Of a DNA stretch of 64,000 nucleotides, positions 44,475 to 55,268 are shown piece after piece. The DNA comes from Candidatus Latescibacterota bacterium (GTDB taxonomy: Bacteria; Latescibacterota; UBA2968; UBA8231): positions 4,350,305-4,414,304 of the forward strand of contig CBDCNM010000002.1 in NCBI GenBank assembly GCA_965219385.1, written 5' to 3'. Every line of letters begins with the position of its first letter. Position 1 is the stretch's first letter. The notes under the pieces were generated by a model. The model was not told the DNA's origin. It ran no database searches and saw only the letters and a list, made by a program, of their open reading frames with translations. The position numbers and the translations under genes were made by a program.

Positions 44475-45324
44475 TCAAGGAGACACGGCCTCCGCGCCCA
44501 GGTGTTCTTCTAGCCAGGTCTTCAAGGGCACGTCTTCGTCGCTGGGAGAAGAGTATCCGTACCAGTCCGTGGTGGCGCCCAGCAGTTGCCGGCGGATGGG
44601 ATTGCAGCGGTCCATGTACTGGGCTAACGGTCATGTTGTCCCGCGGCCGGATCCAGCGGTAACTGTAGCCGTAGAGCAGCAGCTTGCGGGTGATCTCCGA
44701 GTGGTTCGGGCTGGGGCAGTGCCAGATGCGGCGGTCGAAAATCACCGCGGCCCCGGCCGGGACCAGCAGGGGTACGGCCCCTTCCGGGTTGGATACGCCG
44801 TCGGAGGGAAACTGGGTCTCGTTGCGCAGGTGGCTGCCCGGGACCATGTAGAGGTTGGCCCTGTCAGCCTGGGTGGTATCGGTCAGGAAAAACCCCACCT
44901 TGAGGGAGATGCGGGGCCGGGGATTGCCCTCCATTTCAAGGTTGAGACGGCCGCTGTCCTGATGCCAGCCCCAGCGCTTTTTGGGGCTTCTGGTCGCGGT
45001 CTCTTCGGGAGGGGTGATGACGATGGTGGAGTGGTACATCTGGATATTCTAGCCCAGGATGCCCCACACTTTGGGGAAGACCCGGGGCCAGTCGAGCAGT
45101 TCCACAAAGAGTTCGTCGTCTTTTAAACAGTCCCGGACGCTGAGCCGCTCGTGAGGGCCCATATTCCTCGCGCTCCGGTAGTGGGCGTCGATGCGGTCCC
45201 CTATGGCGCACAACTCTTCGAGCACGGAGGGCGGCAGGACATCCTCGACGACGAAATAACCCTTTTCCTCAAATTCCAGGTGCTCGGAGTCGGTCAGGCA
45301 GTGGTCTATACAGGTGGTATCCAT
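44475..45324 (-). pseudogene. Phytanoyl-CoA dioxygenase (PhyH) family pseudogene
   Basis: In-frame TAG at 45049-45051 (ILG*NIQMYH, probably TGG originally) and a +1 frameshift near 44625; WHQD, VPGSH and IWH motifs still present. Confidence 0.8.
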
Positions 45325-45523
45325 GGTTGGCTCCTTTGAGGTGTTTTGCGCTACCCGGCCTCGATGAACCGGCCTATCTCGCGGGCGCAGTGCTTGCCCG
45401 ATTCCACCAACCGGGGGCGCGGCGCGATCAGGGCCGACAGATCCGGCTTAGACTCTATACGGAAATTCGCTTTGTGCCCCGATGTCTGGGCAAAGATGGT
45501 TGGGCGGACCCTTCTCACGGGTT

Positions 45524-46564
45524 TTATGCCTCCAGGGTGTGGTCCACCCCAAGTTTAATGGAGTGCTCCGGGTGTTCGTTGATCTCCCGGTAGGCGACGG
45601 CCGCCTGCGAGAAGGGCACGGTCGGGTCGATCAGGTCGTCGGCCTGGAGGCGCCCCTCCACCAGCAGGGCCAGGGACTCGGCCTGGAGGCGGGCAAAATT
45701 CCAGCCGGCCTGGGGCAGGGGCTGGCTGTTGGCGCGGCTGGATTTGATCTGGATCCGGTTGCGGTGCCACTCCCCGGACAGGTACAGAGCACTGGTGGGT
45801 CCGGTGTAATAAGCGGTAGAGACCACGGTGCCTTGGTAACGGACCGACCGCAAGGCGTCGTACAGGGCCGCTGAAGAACCACTGGTCTCGATGGCCACGT
45901 CTACGCCCAGTTTGTCGGTGTTTTGCTTGATCTCGACCCCGGCGTCCACCTGGGTGGGGTCGAGCACCAGATCGGCGCCGTGGCGCGCGGCAGCGTTGCG
46001 CCGGCGCTCGAAAAGATCCACCCCTACCACCCAGCGCGCCCCGGCCAGCCGGGCTATCTGCAGGGCCATTTGTCCGATGGCCCCCAGCCCGAACACCGCG
46101 ACCCGATCCCCCAGAAGCACGGGCGCATCCCGCACCCCGCCCACGGCAAAGTCCGCCGGATCCCAGTACATCAAGGCCTGGGGGGAGACTCCTTCAGGGG
46201 CGGGTTGTACCCGGCCTTGCCGGACGGTGTGGGTCTGGCGCACGGGCAGGTGGCCGAAGACCTGGTCACCCACCTGCAGATCCTCTACTTGGTCGCCGGC
46301 TTCGGTGACCACGCCCAGGCACATATTGCCCAGGTTGATGGGAAAGGGGTTCGAGCTTGCCTGACCCCGCCGGTGGAGGCGCAGTTCGCCATCCCAGGTA
46401 TCGGTGGCGTCGGCGGAATCGGCGCGGAAACTGCGCAACTCGGTTCCGTGTTTGACCGCGCTGAACAGACTCTGGAGCCGCACCTGGTCGGGTTGCAAGG
46501 AGGGCTCTTGGTAGCTGCGCAAACTGGGGTGGCCGGGCTGTTCGGCGATAAGTTCCAGTGGCAT
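45524..46564 (-). CDS. Zinc-binding (MDR) alcohol dehydrogenase family protein
   Basis: KHGTE, VGDQV, FGLGAIG, DVAIETSG. Confidence 0.85.
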   Translation of the reverse strand: MPLELIAEQPGHPSLRSYQEPSLQPDQVRLQSLFSAVKHGTELRSFRADSADATDTWDGELRLHRRGQASSNPFPINLGNMCLGVVTEAGDQVEDLQVGDQVFGHLPVRQTHTVRQGRVQPAPEGVSPQALMYWDPADFAVGGVRDAPVLLGDRVAVFGLGAIGQMALQIARLAGARWVVGVDLFERRRNAAARHGADLVLDPTQVDAGVEIKQNTDKLGVDVAIETSGSSAALYDALRSVRYQGTVVSTAYYTGPTSALYLSGEWHRNRIQIKSSRANSQPLPQAGWNFARLQAESLALLVEGRLQADDLIDPTVPFSQAAVAYREINEHPEHSIKLGVDHTLEA

Positions 46565-46717
46565 GGTAGCTCCTTGTATTTGAGTTGGGGAAAAAATACT
46601 TGGGTATGATACGACAAGCAGGGGGAAACGGCAACCATTTGGAACCTTGCTGAACCCGCCGCAAAGCAATATGTTGTAGGCCATGATACTGGCCGCTTTC
46701 ACTCGGGAGGCAGCGAC

Positions 46718-47734
46718 ATGGCGAAGAGCAGTACAGAACCTTTGGGATGGGCCCTGATAGGATGCGGGGGCGCGGGCAACGGGCATGCCCGGTGGGCTGC
46801 ATCCACACAGGATATCGAGGTCCGAGGTTTTTGTGATGTGCGGACGGATTCAGCCCGAAATCTTAGTGAGCAGTACGGCGGTGCCTACACCACCGATCCG
46901 GATGAAATCTTCTCCGATTCCCAGGTAGATATCATCTCGATCGCCACCTCTCACCAGTCGCACGCGGACCTGGCCGTGGCTGCCTCCAGGGCCGGCAAAC
47001 ACCTCTTCCTGGAAAAACCCATGGCCATGAACACGGCGGACTGCCTGCGGATCTACCAGGCCATGCAGGCCGCCGGCACCAAGCTGATGATGGATTTTTC
47101 CATTCGTTTCTCGGGTGCGGCCCGGGAAGTCAAACAGCGGATGGGCACCCCCAAGGTGAGCCATGCTCAGTGCATGATGGCACCGGGGGATTTGAGCCGC
47201 TGGCGCTGGCACTCCGAGGAAGGTGGGGGGCCGCTCTACGATGTCGGAGTCCACGCCCTGGACCTGCTGTGCTGGATCCACGGCTCGGAGCCGGTGGAGG
47301 TTTATGCAGTGGGAGGGCAGATCACCCACCCCGGGGAGCTGGACAGCCCCGACATGGTGGATTCGACAGCCGCGACCATTCGCTTTGAAAACGGGTCGGT
47401 GGCGACCTTCCTGATGAGCGACGCGGGCTTCAACGAAATCGTCTCCAAGTGGTTCTTCGAGTTCTTCGACGGGAGGCAATCCGCCGTACTCTACAATCAT
47501 TTCAAGACCGTTACCTTTAGCGGGCTGGATGATGGGAGCGGCCAGAGGGAAAGCACGACCCTGAGCCCGGAACCCCTCGAGCGCATGCCCTTGCTGGTGG
47601 AAGCCATCCGCAGCGATACCGAAACCTATGTCGGCGCCCGATCCGGGATCCTTTCCGTCTTGTTGATGGAAAAGGTCATAGCATCCATACGCAGCAATGC
47701 CCCGCAAAGAGTAGAGATGCCGCCCGGGTTATAG
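46718..47734 (+). CDS. Gfo/Idh/MocA family oxidoreductase
   Basis: IGCGGAG, GKHLFLEKPMA, GGPLYDVGVH. Confidence 0.9.
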   Translation: MAKSSTEPLGWALIGCGGAGNGHARWAASTQDIEVRGFCDVRTDSARNLSEQYGGAYTTDPDEIFSDSQVDIISIATSHQSHADLAVAASRAGKHLFLEKPMAMNTADCLRIYQAMQAAGTKLMMDFSIRFSGAAREVKQRMGTPKVSHAQCMMAPGDLSRWRWHSEEGGGPLYDVGVHALDLLCWIHGSEPVEVYAVGGQITHPGELDSPDMVDSTAATIRFENGSVATFLMSDAGFNEIVSKWFFEFFDGRQSAVLYNHFKTVTFSGLDDGSGQRESTTLSPEPLERMPLLVEAIRSDTETYVGARSGILSVLLMEKVIASIRSNAPQRVEMPPGL

Positions 47735-47830
47735 CCGGAGGATGTGAAATGACGGACTGAGAAGCCTTGATGGTCGTTCATTTCCAGTCGGACTGAAAAG
47801 CTGAGTCTTGCGGTCGTCGCGCTGGGGGTT

Positions 47831-48895
47831 TTACCAATCGATCCGCAGTTTGGTCCAGCGAATCCCGCAGGGGCCGTCCTCCTTGCACCAGTGGGTCGTC
47901 AGGTAGGTGCCGTCCTGCAACTTGATGGCGGTCGGAAAGCCGAACATGAAACTGTCGAATTCCTCCACCCCTGTCTCCACATCCCGGGGCCGTTGGCGCC
48001 GGGCTCCGGCATCGTAGATCAAGCCTTCGTGGTGGATGGTCCAGGCCTCGTCCGTGAAGGTGACCAGATTCACGACAATGCCTTGCTCGCCGTAGCGCCG
48101 GTTGTAGAGCACCAGAAGCCGGTCCCGGCCCAGGGGGATAGGGGTCATGGTCTGGCCCATGATGCCGGTGGAGTGGGCCGGCCCCCAGGTGGAGCCGTTG
48201 TCGCGCGAGAGTACAAAGCTGTCGGGTTGGTCCGCAACATCGCCCAGGGTCACGGTCCAGCAGGTGGCGATGAGCAGGTCCGGCGCTGCCTGGGCCAGCT
48301 TCTGCTCGAAGTAGCCGAATCGCTTTTCGGGGTCCTCGAAGACCACCCCGTACCGCGGCCAGGTCAAACCGCCGTCATCCGAAATGGCCACCAGGACCTG
48401 CTCGCCCAGACGGTCCTTGCTCGGGAGGGTGGCGGCCGGGGCCAGGAGACGGCCGGATGCGAGCGGCAGCACCCCGTGGGAAACCTCCAGGAGAGCATGG
48501 CCGGCCATGGGTACCGGGAGGGGTTCCGACCAGGTGCGGCCCCCATCGGTGGAGCGGCACAGCACCGCCTGGTTGCGGCCCTCGCCGAAGGTCTCCTCGG
48601 CGGCGCGGAAGGAGTGGCTCCCGTAGGCGTACACGGTCTGGCCGTCGGCTGCCAGGCTCAGCTTGAGGGCGTAGGTGGTGGGAGGATCGGTGGTGGGAGC
48701 CGCAAGAGTGCCTTCGAGGGTCCAGGTCGCGCCGCCGTCGGTGGAACGGGCCCAGTCGGAGCCCCCGTGGACGTTGGGACCGCCGCCCACACTGAAGGAG
48801 CAGAGGAGGTCGCCGTCGGGCAGTTGCACGGCCTGGGGGAAGGCTGAATCGCGCTGATCGATCCAGCCGGTTCCTACTATTTCAATTGCGGGCAT
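47831..48895 (-). CDS. Sialidase-like BNR/Asp-box beta-propeller protein
   Basis: Four Asp-boxes: STDGGATW, STDGGRTW, SDDGGLTW, SRDNGSTW. Confidence 0.8.
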   Translation of the reverse strand: MPAIEIVGTGWIDQRDSAFPQAVQLPDGDLLCSFSVGGGPNVHGGSDWARSTDGGATWTLEGTLAAPTTDPPTTYALKLSLAADGQTVYAYGSHSFRAAEETFGEGRNQAVLCRSTDGGRTWSEPLPVPMAGHALLEVSHGVLPLASGRLLAPAATLPSKDRLGEQVLVAISDDGGLTWPRYGVVFEDPEKRFGYFEQKLAQAAPDLLIATCWTVTLGDVADQPDSFVLSRDNGSTWGPAHSTGIMGQTMTPIPLGRDRLLVLYNRRYGEQGIVVNLVTFTDEAWTIHHEGLIYDAGARRQRPRDVETGVEEFDSFMFGFPTAIKLQDGTYLTTHWCKEDGPCGIRWTKLRIDW

Positions 48896-49037
48896 GGCGG
48901 GCTCCTTCGCAAAAGTCGGGAACTGATTTATTCGTGGTTGCGTCGAGGCTTGAAAGACGCCAAGTTTAAAGCGCCAAATTAAGATGACCCCAAGTCCGGG
49001 GTATGGCAAATAAAAACTGGTCTGTGGAGGCAAACCC

Positions 49038-50279
49038 ATGATAATTACCGATATAGAACTACACGAAATCCATCCCCCGCTCCGCGCCTGGAACCACGAC
49101 CAGCTCAAGATGTTTCATGGCACCACCTGGGACCGCCGCACGATCATCGTGCTGCACACCGACAATGGGCTCGAGGGTCTGGGCGAAATCAACGGCCCCA
49201 TGCGATCCATCCTGCAACAGGACCTGGAAAAGCTGCGCGGTACCAATCCCTGCCGTTGGCTGGCCCATCCCGACCTCAGTATCTGGCTGGCGCCGGCCAT
49301 CTACGACCTGGTGGGCAAAGCCAACCAGGTGCCGGCCTATCATTTGTTTGGACCCAGGGTGCGCTCCTGGGTGCCGGTTTCCTCCTGGACGGTATCGCAG
49401 ACCCCGGGAAAAATGGCCGAAGAGGTGGAACATGCGGTCGAACAGGGCTATACCTGGATCAAGTATCACACCCACTCCTTCCACAATATCATCGACCAGA
49501 CCCGGGCCATGCAGGAGGTAGCGCCGCGGGGTTTCAAAGTCCATTACGACACCAACTTCGACAATACGGTTGATCACGTCGTGGAAATCGCCCGGGAGCT
49601 GTCTCAGTTTCCCGTGGCCGGCCTGATCGAGGATCCCCTGCGAACCTTTGATTTGGAAGGCTACAAACTACTGCGGCAGAAGTGCGCCCTGCCGATCATT
49701 TTCCACCATCTGCCCCTGATGGGGCGCGAGGCCCTGATGGGGTTGGCGGACGGGTACATGCTGGGCCATGCCCCGATCGGCCAGGTGGTGCGGCGGGCCG
49801 GTCTCTTCGAGGCGGCGAATGCGCCGTTTATGACCCAGAACACCGGCGGCAATATCACCCGGGCGATGGTGGTGCACATGGCCGCCGCCTTCGAGCGCGC
49901 CACCCTGCACCACGTGACCTGCACCCAGCTGTGGGAGGAGGATGTGGTCGAGCCGGCCTTCGAAGTGGTGGCCGGACAGGTAAAGGTGCCGGAGGATCCG
50001 GGGCTGGGCATAACCCTGAACCGGGAAGCCCTGGAGCGACTCAAGGCAGCCGAGCCGGCGCCCCTGCCCAGGGCGCTGATCAGGGTCTGCGTCGAAGGGG
50101 GACCAACGGGGTACGCACGGCTTCCCCTGAGTCGCCACCCCCAGCTGACCAAGGAGGCTGTGGCCGGTGTGGGGGAGGGCTACGACCGGCTGGTGGACCA
50201 GGATTTCTGGCCCGACGATGGTTCGGGCAAGTGGGCCGGGCTGTGGGAGCGGAGCGCGGAGGGACCGGTTTTTGCATAA
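49038..50279 (+). CDS. Mandelate racemase/muconate lactonizing enzyme family protein
   Basis: TDNGLEGLGE, YDLVGKA..VPAY.L.G, YDTN, IEDP, PEDPGLG. Confidence 0.82.
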   Translation: MIITDIELHEIHPPLRAWNHDQLKMFHGTTWDRRTIIVLHTDNGLEGLGEINGPMRSILQQDLEKLRGTNPCRWLAHPDLSIWLAPAIYDLVGKANQVPAYHLFGPRVRSWVPVSSWTVSQTPGKMAEEVEHAVEQGYTWIKYHTHSFHNIIDQTRAMQEVAPRGFKVHYDTNFDNTVDHVVEIARELSQFPVAGLIEDPLRTFDLEGYKLLRQKCALPIIFHHLPLMGREALMGLADGYMLGHAPIGQVVRRAGLFEAANAPFMTQNTGGNITRAMVVHMAAAFERATLHHVTCTQLWEEDVVEPAFEVVAGQVKVPEDPGLGITLNREALERLKAAEPAPLPRALIRVCVEGGPTGYARLPLSRHPQLTKEAVAGVGEGYDRLVDQDFWPDDGSGKWAGLWERSAEGPVFA

Positions 50280-50323
50280 CCCCAATACAGGAGGAGTCAT
50301 GAAATCCAGCCAGGCCGCACTTC

Positions 50324-51118
50324 CTACTCCTTTCCGGGGGCGGCAAGCTTCAGGAGGCAGCTGTCGTCGAGGGGCTCGATGGGGGTGAAATCGCGATGGG
50401 CGATCCATTCGGGGCGTTTGAAACGGCGAATGTGGTTGTCGACGTGGCACAGGCTCAGGTACACGATCACCCGGTCCCACGGACTGATATTGGGCGCCGA
50501 GGCGTGCACCAGGTTGGAGTGGAAGAGCAGAACCGCGCCCGGCTTGCCCTTGGGGGCGATTATGCCGCCTTGGTTGGCCAGCCGGCGCACCGTTTCCTTG
50601 TCGAGGGTCCACAGCGGGTAGGAGGTGGTCAGGGTGTCGTGGCCGGCCTCGATCACCCCCTGTTTGTGGCTGCGCGGGATGATGTAGAGCGGGCCGTTGA
50701 ATTCGGTCACCTCGTCGAGGAAGAGGGCGATATTCATGGCCTGGGCTGCGGGCATCAGATCGTCGCGGGCCCAGGTGCCGTAGTCCTGGTGCCACTGCCA
50801 GACATCGCCGCTGAAAGCGGCCTTGCCGTTGATTTTGTACTGGTGCATGTAGACCGGTCCGTCCAGGAGTTGCACCACCGGCCCGATCAGGCGCGGGTGG
50901 CGGCCCAGGCGGTGGAAGGCCTCGTTGTAGGTGTGGGCGGCAAAGGCGGTGCGGACGGCTTTGCCGTCTTTTTCGCGCCAGACTTCGTCGCGCTGCATGG
51001 CGAAGACCGCGGGCAGTTCGCCCTGGAGGACGTCGATCTCTTCCCGACTGAACAGGTCGGGCAGGAGGACCCAGCCTTCGGTGTCGAACTGCTCCAGTTG
51101 TTGCTCTGTCAGTTTCAT
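50324..51118 (-). CDS. PhyH family Fe(II)/2-oxoglutarate dioxygenase, ectoine/proline hydroxylase-like
   Basis: HQYKINGK, WQWHQDYGTW, NGPLYIIPRSH, LVHASAPNISPWDR. Confidence 0.85.
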   Translation of the reverse strand: MKLTEQQLEQFDTEGWVLLPDLFSREEIDVLQGELPAVFAMQRDEVWREKDGKAVRTAFAAHTYNEAFHRLGRHPRLIGPVVQLLDGPVYMHQYKINGKAAFSGDVWQWHQDYGTWARDDLMPAAQAMNIALFLDEVTEFNGPLYIIPRSHKQGVIEAGHDTLTTSYPLWTLDKETVRRLANQGGIIAPKGKPGAVLLFHSNLVHASAPNISPWDRVIVYLSLCHVDNHIRRFKRPEWIAHRDFTPIEPLDDSCLLKLAAPGKE

Positions 51119-51319
51119 GACGCCGTATTCTCCTTGTCCTGGTAGCGCCGGTAGTTATGGATTATAGTCTTGAGAAGAGGGAAGATCTTTGCGCGGAACA
51201 AAAGATATATTGAGTTGATCGGGCCTGCAATACAGCAGCTCTTCCACCCGGCAGGGAGCCTTGACCCGGGACGGCCTTGTGCGTATTCTCAGCTGCACAC
51301 CAATCTCAAGGAGAGCTTT

Positions 51320-52159
51320 ATGGATTCCCCACGTATAGACGATCGCGATTGGTCGGCGCTCACTCGGGGTGAGCGCATCCACCAGGTCGAAGTCGAAGGC
51401 TATCTGGTGTTGCCCGACCTGTTGACTCCCGACCACATCGGGCGCCTCAAGGCCGAGACCGCCAAGCTGGAAACCACACCGGTGGACTACAGCGTGCACC
51501 AGCGGGGCGCGCGCGACATGCAGTTCAGGGGGCCGCTCTTTACCGAGTTGATCGCCCATCCGCCCACCATCGCCTTTCTGCGCGAACTCTTCGGCGACGA
51601 GATCCTGATGTTGCACTACGGCTATGCCCGTTCCGAGCCGGGTCACCCGGGCATCAGCCTGCACACCGACGGCCAACCCTACGGTTCCAAGATTTTCGGC
51701 TACGAGGGCAGTGTGCCGGCCATGGTGAGGGTGCTCTACTACCTGGACGACCTCACGACCGAGGTGTCACCCTTCCGCGTGATACCTCGGTCGCATTTAT
51801 CCCTGCACCCGGACGGCAACCCCTACAAGCGCTTCACCACCCATCCCGAAGAGGTCATGGTGCCGTGCAAGGCCGGCTCGGCGGTGCTGATCAACCACAA
51901 GGTGTTCCACGGCAATTTCCCCAATGTGGGGGACCGGCCGCGCGAAATGCTGGCCATCGCCTACCGCCCGGCCTGGGCCGGTCCGGTCGGCAAGGTAGAG
52001 GACTGGGATCCGGAGGAGGTGGCCAAACTGCCCAAGGAGGTAAAGCCGTTCTTCGGGGATCGCAACACCCGCCACTGGGCGCCCGAGGCCGGCAACAAGC
52101 CGCCCGATATGGCCAGTGAGGCGCTCGGCGTCAATCCCAGTCGCTGGGAGCGGGTATAG
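51320..52159 (+). CDS. PhyH family dioxygenase
   Basis: LHTD, IPRSH, VFHGNFPN..DRPR. Confidence 0.85.
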   Translation: MDSPRIDDRDWSALTRGERIHQVEVEGYLVLPDLLTPDHIGRLKAETAKLETTPVDYSVHQRGARDMQFRGPLFTELIAHPPTIAFLRELFGDEILMLHYGYARSEPGHPGISLHTDGQPYGSKIFGYEGSVPAMVRVLYYLDDLTTEVSPFRVIPRSHLSLHPDGNPYKRFTTHPEEVMVPCKAGSAVLINHKVFHGNFPNVGDRPREMLAIAYRPAWAGPVGKVEDWDPEEVAKLPKEVKPFFGDRNTRHWAPEAGNKPPDMASEALGVNPSRWERV

Positions 52160-52262
52160 GGCCGTTTTTGCTTGAGAAGCTGCTGGAAATCCCCGGTGAG
52201 TCCCAAGCGTGGCTGCCAGCGGAAGCAGACGGCTTGTGAACTCAAAACAGGAGGGATATACC

Positions 52263-53204
52263 ATGCTGAAGGCCGGATTCATCGGCGCGGGCGGCCGCAG
52301 TCAAAGCGCGCACTATCCGAGTGTGGACCGGCTCGACGACATCGAAATGGTCGCGGTGTGCGAGCTGGATGAAGAGCGCCTCAAGCAGGTCGTCGACCAG
52401 TACCGCTTTGAACATGTCTTCACGGATCATCGCAAGATGCTGGATAGCATGGATCTGGACGTGATCTACTGCGTGATGCACGAGCGCTGGGTACTGGAGC
52501 CCGCGCTGGACTGCCTCAATGCCGGCAAGCACATCTTCATCGAAAAACCTCCGGGAGCCAACAGTGACCAGACCCAGCGGATGCTGGACGCGGCCCGGGC
52601 CAACGGTGTGTACGCCATGGTGGGTTTTCAGCGCCGCTTTGCCGCGGTGACGCAGGAGGCCATGCGCCGGGTGGCCGCCAAGGGACCCGTATCCCTGGCG
52701 ACCACCACCTTCCACAAACAAATGCTGGGGGTCGAGGAGTTTACCACCACCCTGTGGAACGATGTCTGCCACGTGGTGGATCTGCTGCGCTACATGGCCG
52801 GGGGCGAGCCGGTGGAGGTGACGGCCTACCAGGACCGGTTCGGGGGCGACGTCCCGAACTGCTACACCGCGCTGGTCCGCTTCGACAACAAGGTTACCGG
52901 CGTGGTCTTCGGCAACCGCGCGTCGGGCGGTAGGGTCCTGCGCTCGGAACTCCACGGGGTCGGCCTGGGGTGTTATATGAAGATTCCCGAGGAGATCGAG
53001 ATCCGCGAAGACAATCAAACTCAGATTTTGAAGGGATGGGAAGTAGATGGAGTGGCCGAGGAAGACAGGGCGCGCTACGAGGGCACTCTGACCATGCACG
53101 AGCACTTTGTGGATTGCATACTCAACGGGAAGGTGCCGATCACCGACCTGCGGGATGTGATCCACACGGTTCGACTCATCGACCGGATCGAGGCGCCGGG
53201 ATGA
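52263..53204 (+). CDS. Gfo/Idh/MocA family oxidoreductase
   Basis: IGAGG, GKHIFIEKPPG, GFQRRF. Confidence 0.88.
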   Translation: MLKAGFIGAGGRSQSAHYPSVDRLDDIEMVAVCELDEERLKQVVDQYRFEHVFTDHRKMLDSMDLDVIYCVMHERWVLEPALDCLNAGKHIFIEKPPGANSDQTQRMLDAARANGVYAMVGFQRRFAAVTQEAMRRVAAKGPVSLATTTFHKQMLGVEEFTTTLWNDVCHVVDLLRYMAGGEPVEVTAYQDRFGGDVPNCYTALVRFDNKVTGVVFGNRASGGRVLRSELHGVGLGCYMKIPEEIEIREDNQTQILKGWEVDGVAEEDRARYEGTLTMHEHFVDCILNGKVPITDLRDVIHTVRLIDRIEAPG

Positions 53205-54419
53205 TCACGTGCCCCAACCCTCGATAAAGCTTTCCACGCCGAGACCGGCGGGCACCTCGTTGAAGTAGTAGTGCGTCTCGCCTCCCTGGAAGCCCGGCGT
53301 CCATTGCACCTCTTCCGCCTGCAGGGCGTCGTCCACCGGCTTGAAGCGTTGCCACAGGGTTTCGGTTTCCTCGGGCGAAAAGCGGTCGGCGATGGCCGTA
53401 CCCCATTGCAGGGTCATGGGATGCATGCTGGTTGCATAATCTTGGTCCTGTGCAGGGAGGTTATCAAAATCGGGACGTTTGAGGTGGTGGATGCGGCGGG
53501 CGGCCTTGCTCAGGAAGAGGGTCGATTGCAGCTTGCCTTTGGGGCCTCGACCCGGGTGCAGTTTATCGAGGGCAGTGTGGTAGCCCGGGCCGTCTTTTTT
53601 TAGGGCCGAGCGCAGCGCCGACTCGGTCTGTGCCCTCTTCTCCTTGCTGCGGTTTTCCCAGCGTTCGAAGGTGTCGCGGGCCGCATTGGAGAGATGCTCG
53701 AAGTAGCTCAGATCCGGGTAGTGGGTGAAGGCGGAAAAGCCGCCGTGGATGGTGCGCCGTTTTCGGGTGCTGTAGTTGCTGCCCCAGTGGAGGATGGGCA
53801 GGATGTAGGCCACGCCGTCGCCGGCGTTGAGGTGGGTCTGGATGCCGCTGGACAGAGGCGCGCGCGCATCCTTTTTCAATTGCTCGACCTCTTCCGGGGT
53901 ATTGAAGCGCACGTGGCTGCCGGGCACCACCCACAGCACGTCGTCGTCGTAGAGGGGAATATTCCACTGCACATAGCGGGGGCCGTTTTCGCTGATGTCG
54001 TCGGCGTAGCCCTGGAGCGGGGCGCAGTAGGGCGGATAGAAATCGCGGTGCCAGGCGGCTGGTCCGCGGTCCCGCACCGGGTTGCACATCATCATCATCT
54101 CCGTGACCCCTGCATCCTCCAATCCCAGCAACCCGCTGCTGACGCCCTGGAGGTTCTCGTGCAGCCAGATTTCCAGGGTCGGGGCGGTCTGCGGGTCTAC
54201 CTGAGCCCCCATATTGTGCAAAATCAGGCGCGGCTGGGCCCCGGTCTCCCACGCCCCACCAGGGGGATCGTCGGGCTTCCGTTCGCGGGCCCAGATGACC
54301 TTCTGGCGTTCGACCATGATTTCGTAGGCTGCGCGCAAACCCTTCAGGTCTTCCGGCGGGATTACGTTGCGCAGGACGATGTAGCCGTCTTCGAGGAACT
54401 GGTCGCGGTTTACATTCAT
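53205..54419 (-). CDS. PhyH family dioxygenase with C-terminal extension
   Basis: QFLEDGYIVL, WHRD, VPGSH, ILHWGSNY..RKRR. Confidence 0.82.
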   Translation of the reverse strand: MNVNRDQFLEDGYIVLRNVIPPEDLKGLRAAYEIMVERQKVIWARERKPDDPPGGAWETGAQPRLILHNMGAQVDPQTAPTLEIWLHENLQGVSSGLLGLEDAGVTEMMMMCNPVRDRGPAAWHRDFYPPYCAPLQGYADDISENGPRYVQWNIPLYDDDVLWVVPGSHVRFNTPEEVEQLKKDARAPLSSGIQTHLNAGDGVAYILPILHWGSNYSTRKRRTIHGGFSAFTHYPDLSYFEHLSNAARDTFERWENRSKEKRAQTESALRSALKKDGPGYHTALDKLHPGRGPKGKLQSTLFLSKAARRIHHLKRPDFDNLPAQDQDYATSMHPMTLQWGTAIADRFSPEETETLWQRFKPVDDALQAEEVQWTPGFQGGETHYYFNEVPAGLGVESFIEGWGT

Positions 54420-54519
54420 TTTCGGCCCCTTCTTTTTAAACCTACATTGATGATCGAAAGATTTGCCCAGATGCGCAAGTCTCAGAAGCGTTCTTAAAGC
54501 CCTTAGAAGGAGACAAGAC

Positions 54520-55111
54520 GTGAGCAGTCTGAATGTGAGTAACTTCATTTGGGGCATCGCCGACGACATGCTGCGCGACGTCTACGTGCGAGGCAAATAT
54601 CGGGATGTCATCCTGCCGATGACGGTGATCCGGCGCCTCGATGCGGTGCCGGACCTCACCGCGATTTTAACCGATCCATGGAACCTGTTGTCGCTCAAGG
54701 CGTTAAGCTGACGGCCAAGTGGAAGAACCTGCTGCAGACAGCGCTGGCATCCCGCGACGAAGCTGCCGCGCCTGTCATCAAGAAGACCCACAAGCCGGGC
54801 GCGGTGGAACCGGATCCGATCCGCGGGCTGGTCGAAGCCACCCTGGACGGCCAGTGCCGCGTCGTCGAATACGAGCTCGACAGCGAGTTGCGCGACACCG
54901 AGCAGGTGCCGCTGCTCGACGAGGGCGGCATTGCGCCGCGAGGTGCTGCCCTACGCGCCGGACGCCTAGCGTCAGGACCGGGTACGAGATCAGCTTCACG
55001 CGCTACTTCTACCAGCCGCAGCCGCTGCGCTCGCTGGCGGAGATTCGGGCCGATATACTGGCGGTGGAGAGGGAGACTGAGGGGTTGCTGGGCGAGATTA
55101 TCGGTGGGTAG
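54520..55111 (+). pseudogene. hsdM: Type I RM methyltransferase (HsdM) relic: N- and C-termini joined, catalytic core deleted
   Basis: NFIWGIADDMLRDVYVRGKYRDVILPMTVIRRLDAV followed, in other frames, by EYELDSELRDTEQVPL, EVLPYAPDA and GYEISFTRYFY.PQPLRSL.EI. Confidence 0.85.
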
Positions 55112-55268
55112 TGCTAAGGGGTGCCGTTATTGAACGCAGCCCCTTTACAAGGACAGGTTTTTTCTCCATATTAAACACAGCCTTTAACAAGGCCGCAGTA
55201 ATGTGCTATGGTGAATGTAGCCTTTACTATGAGCCCGATAACCGCACATACGAAAGTGACAGTTTACT

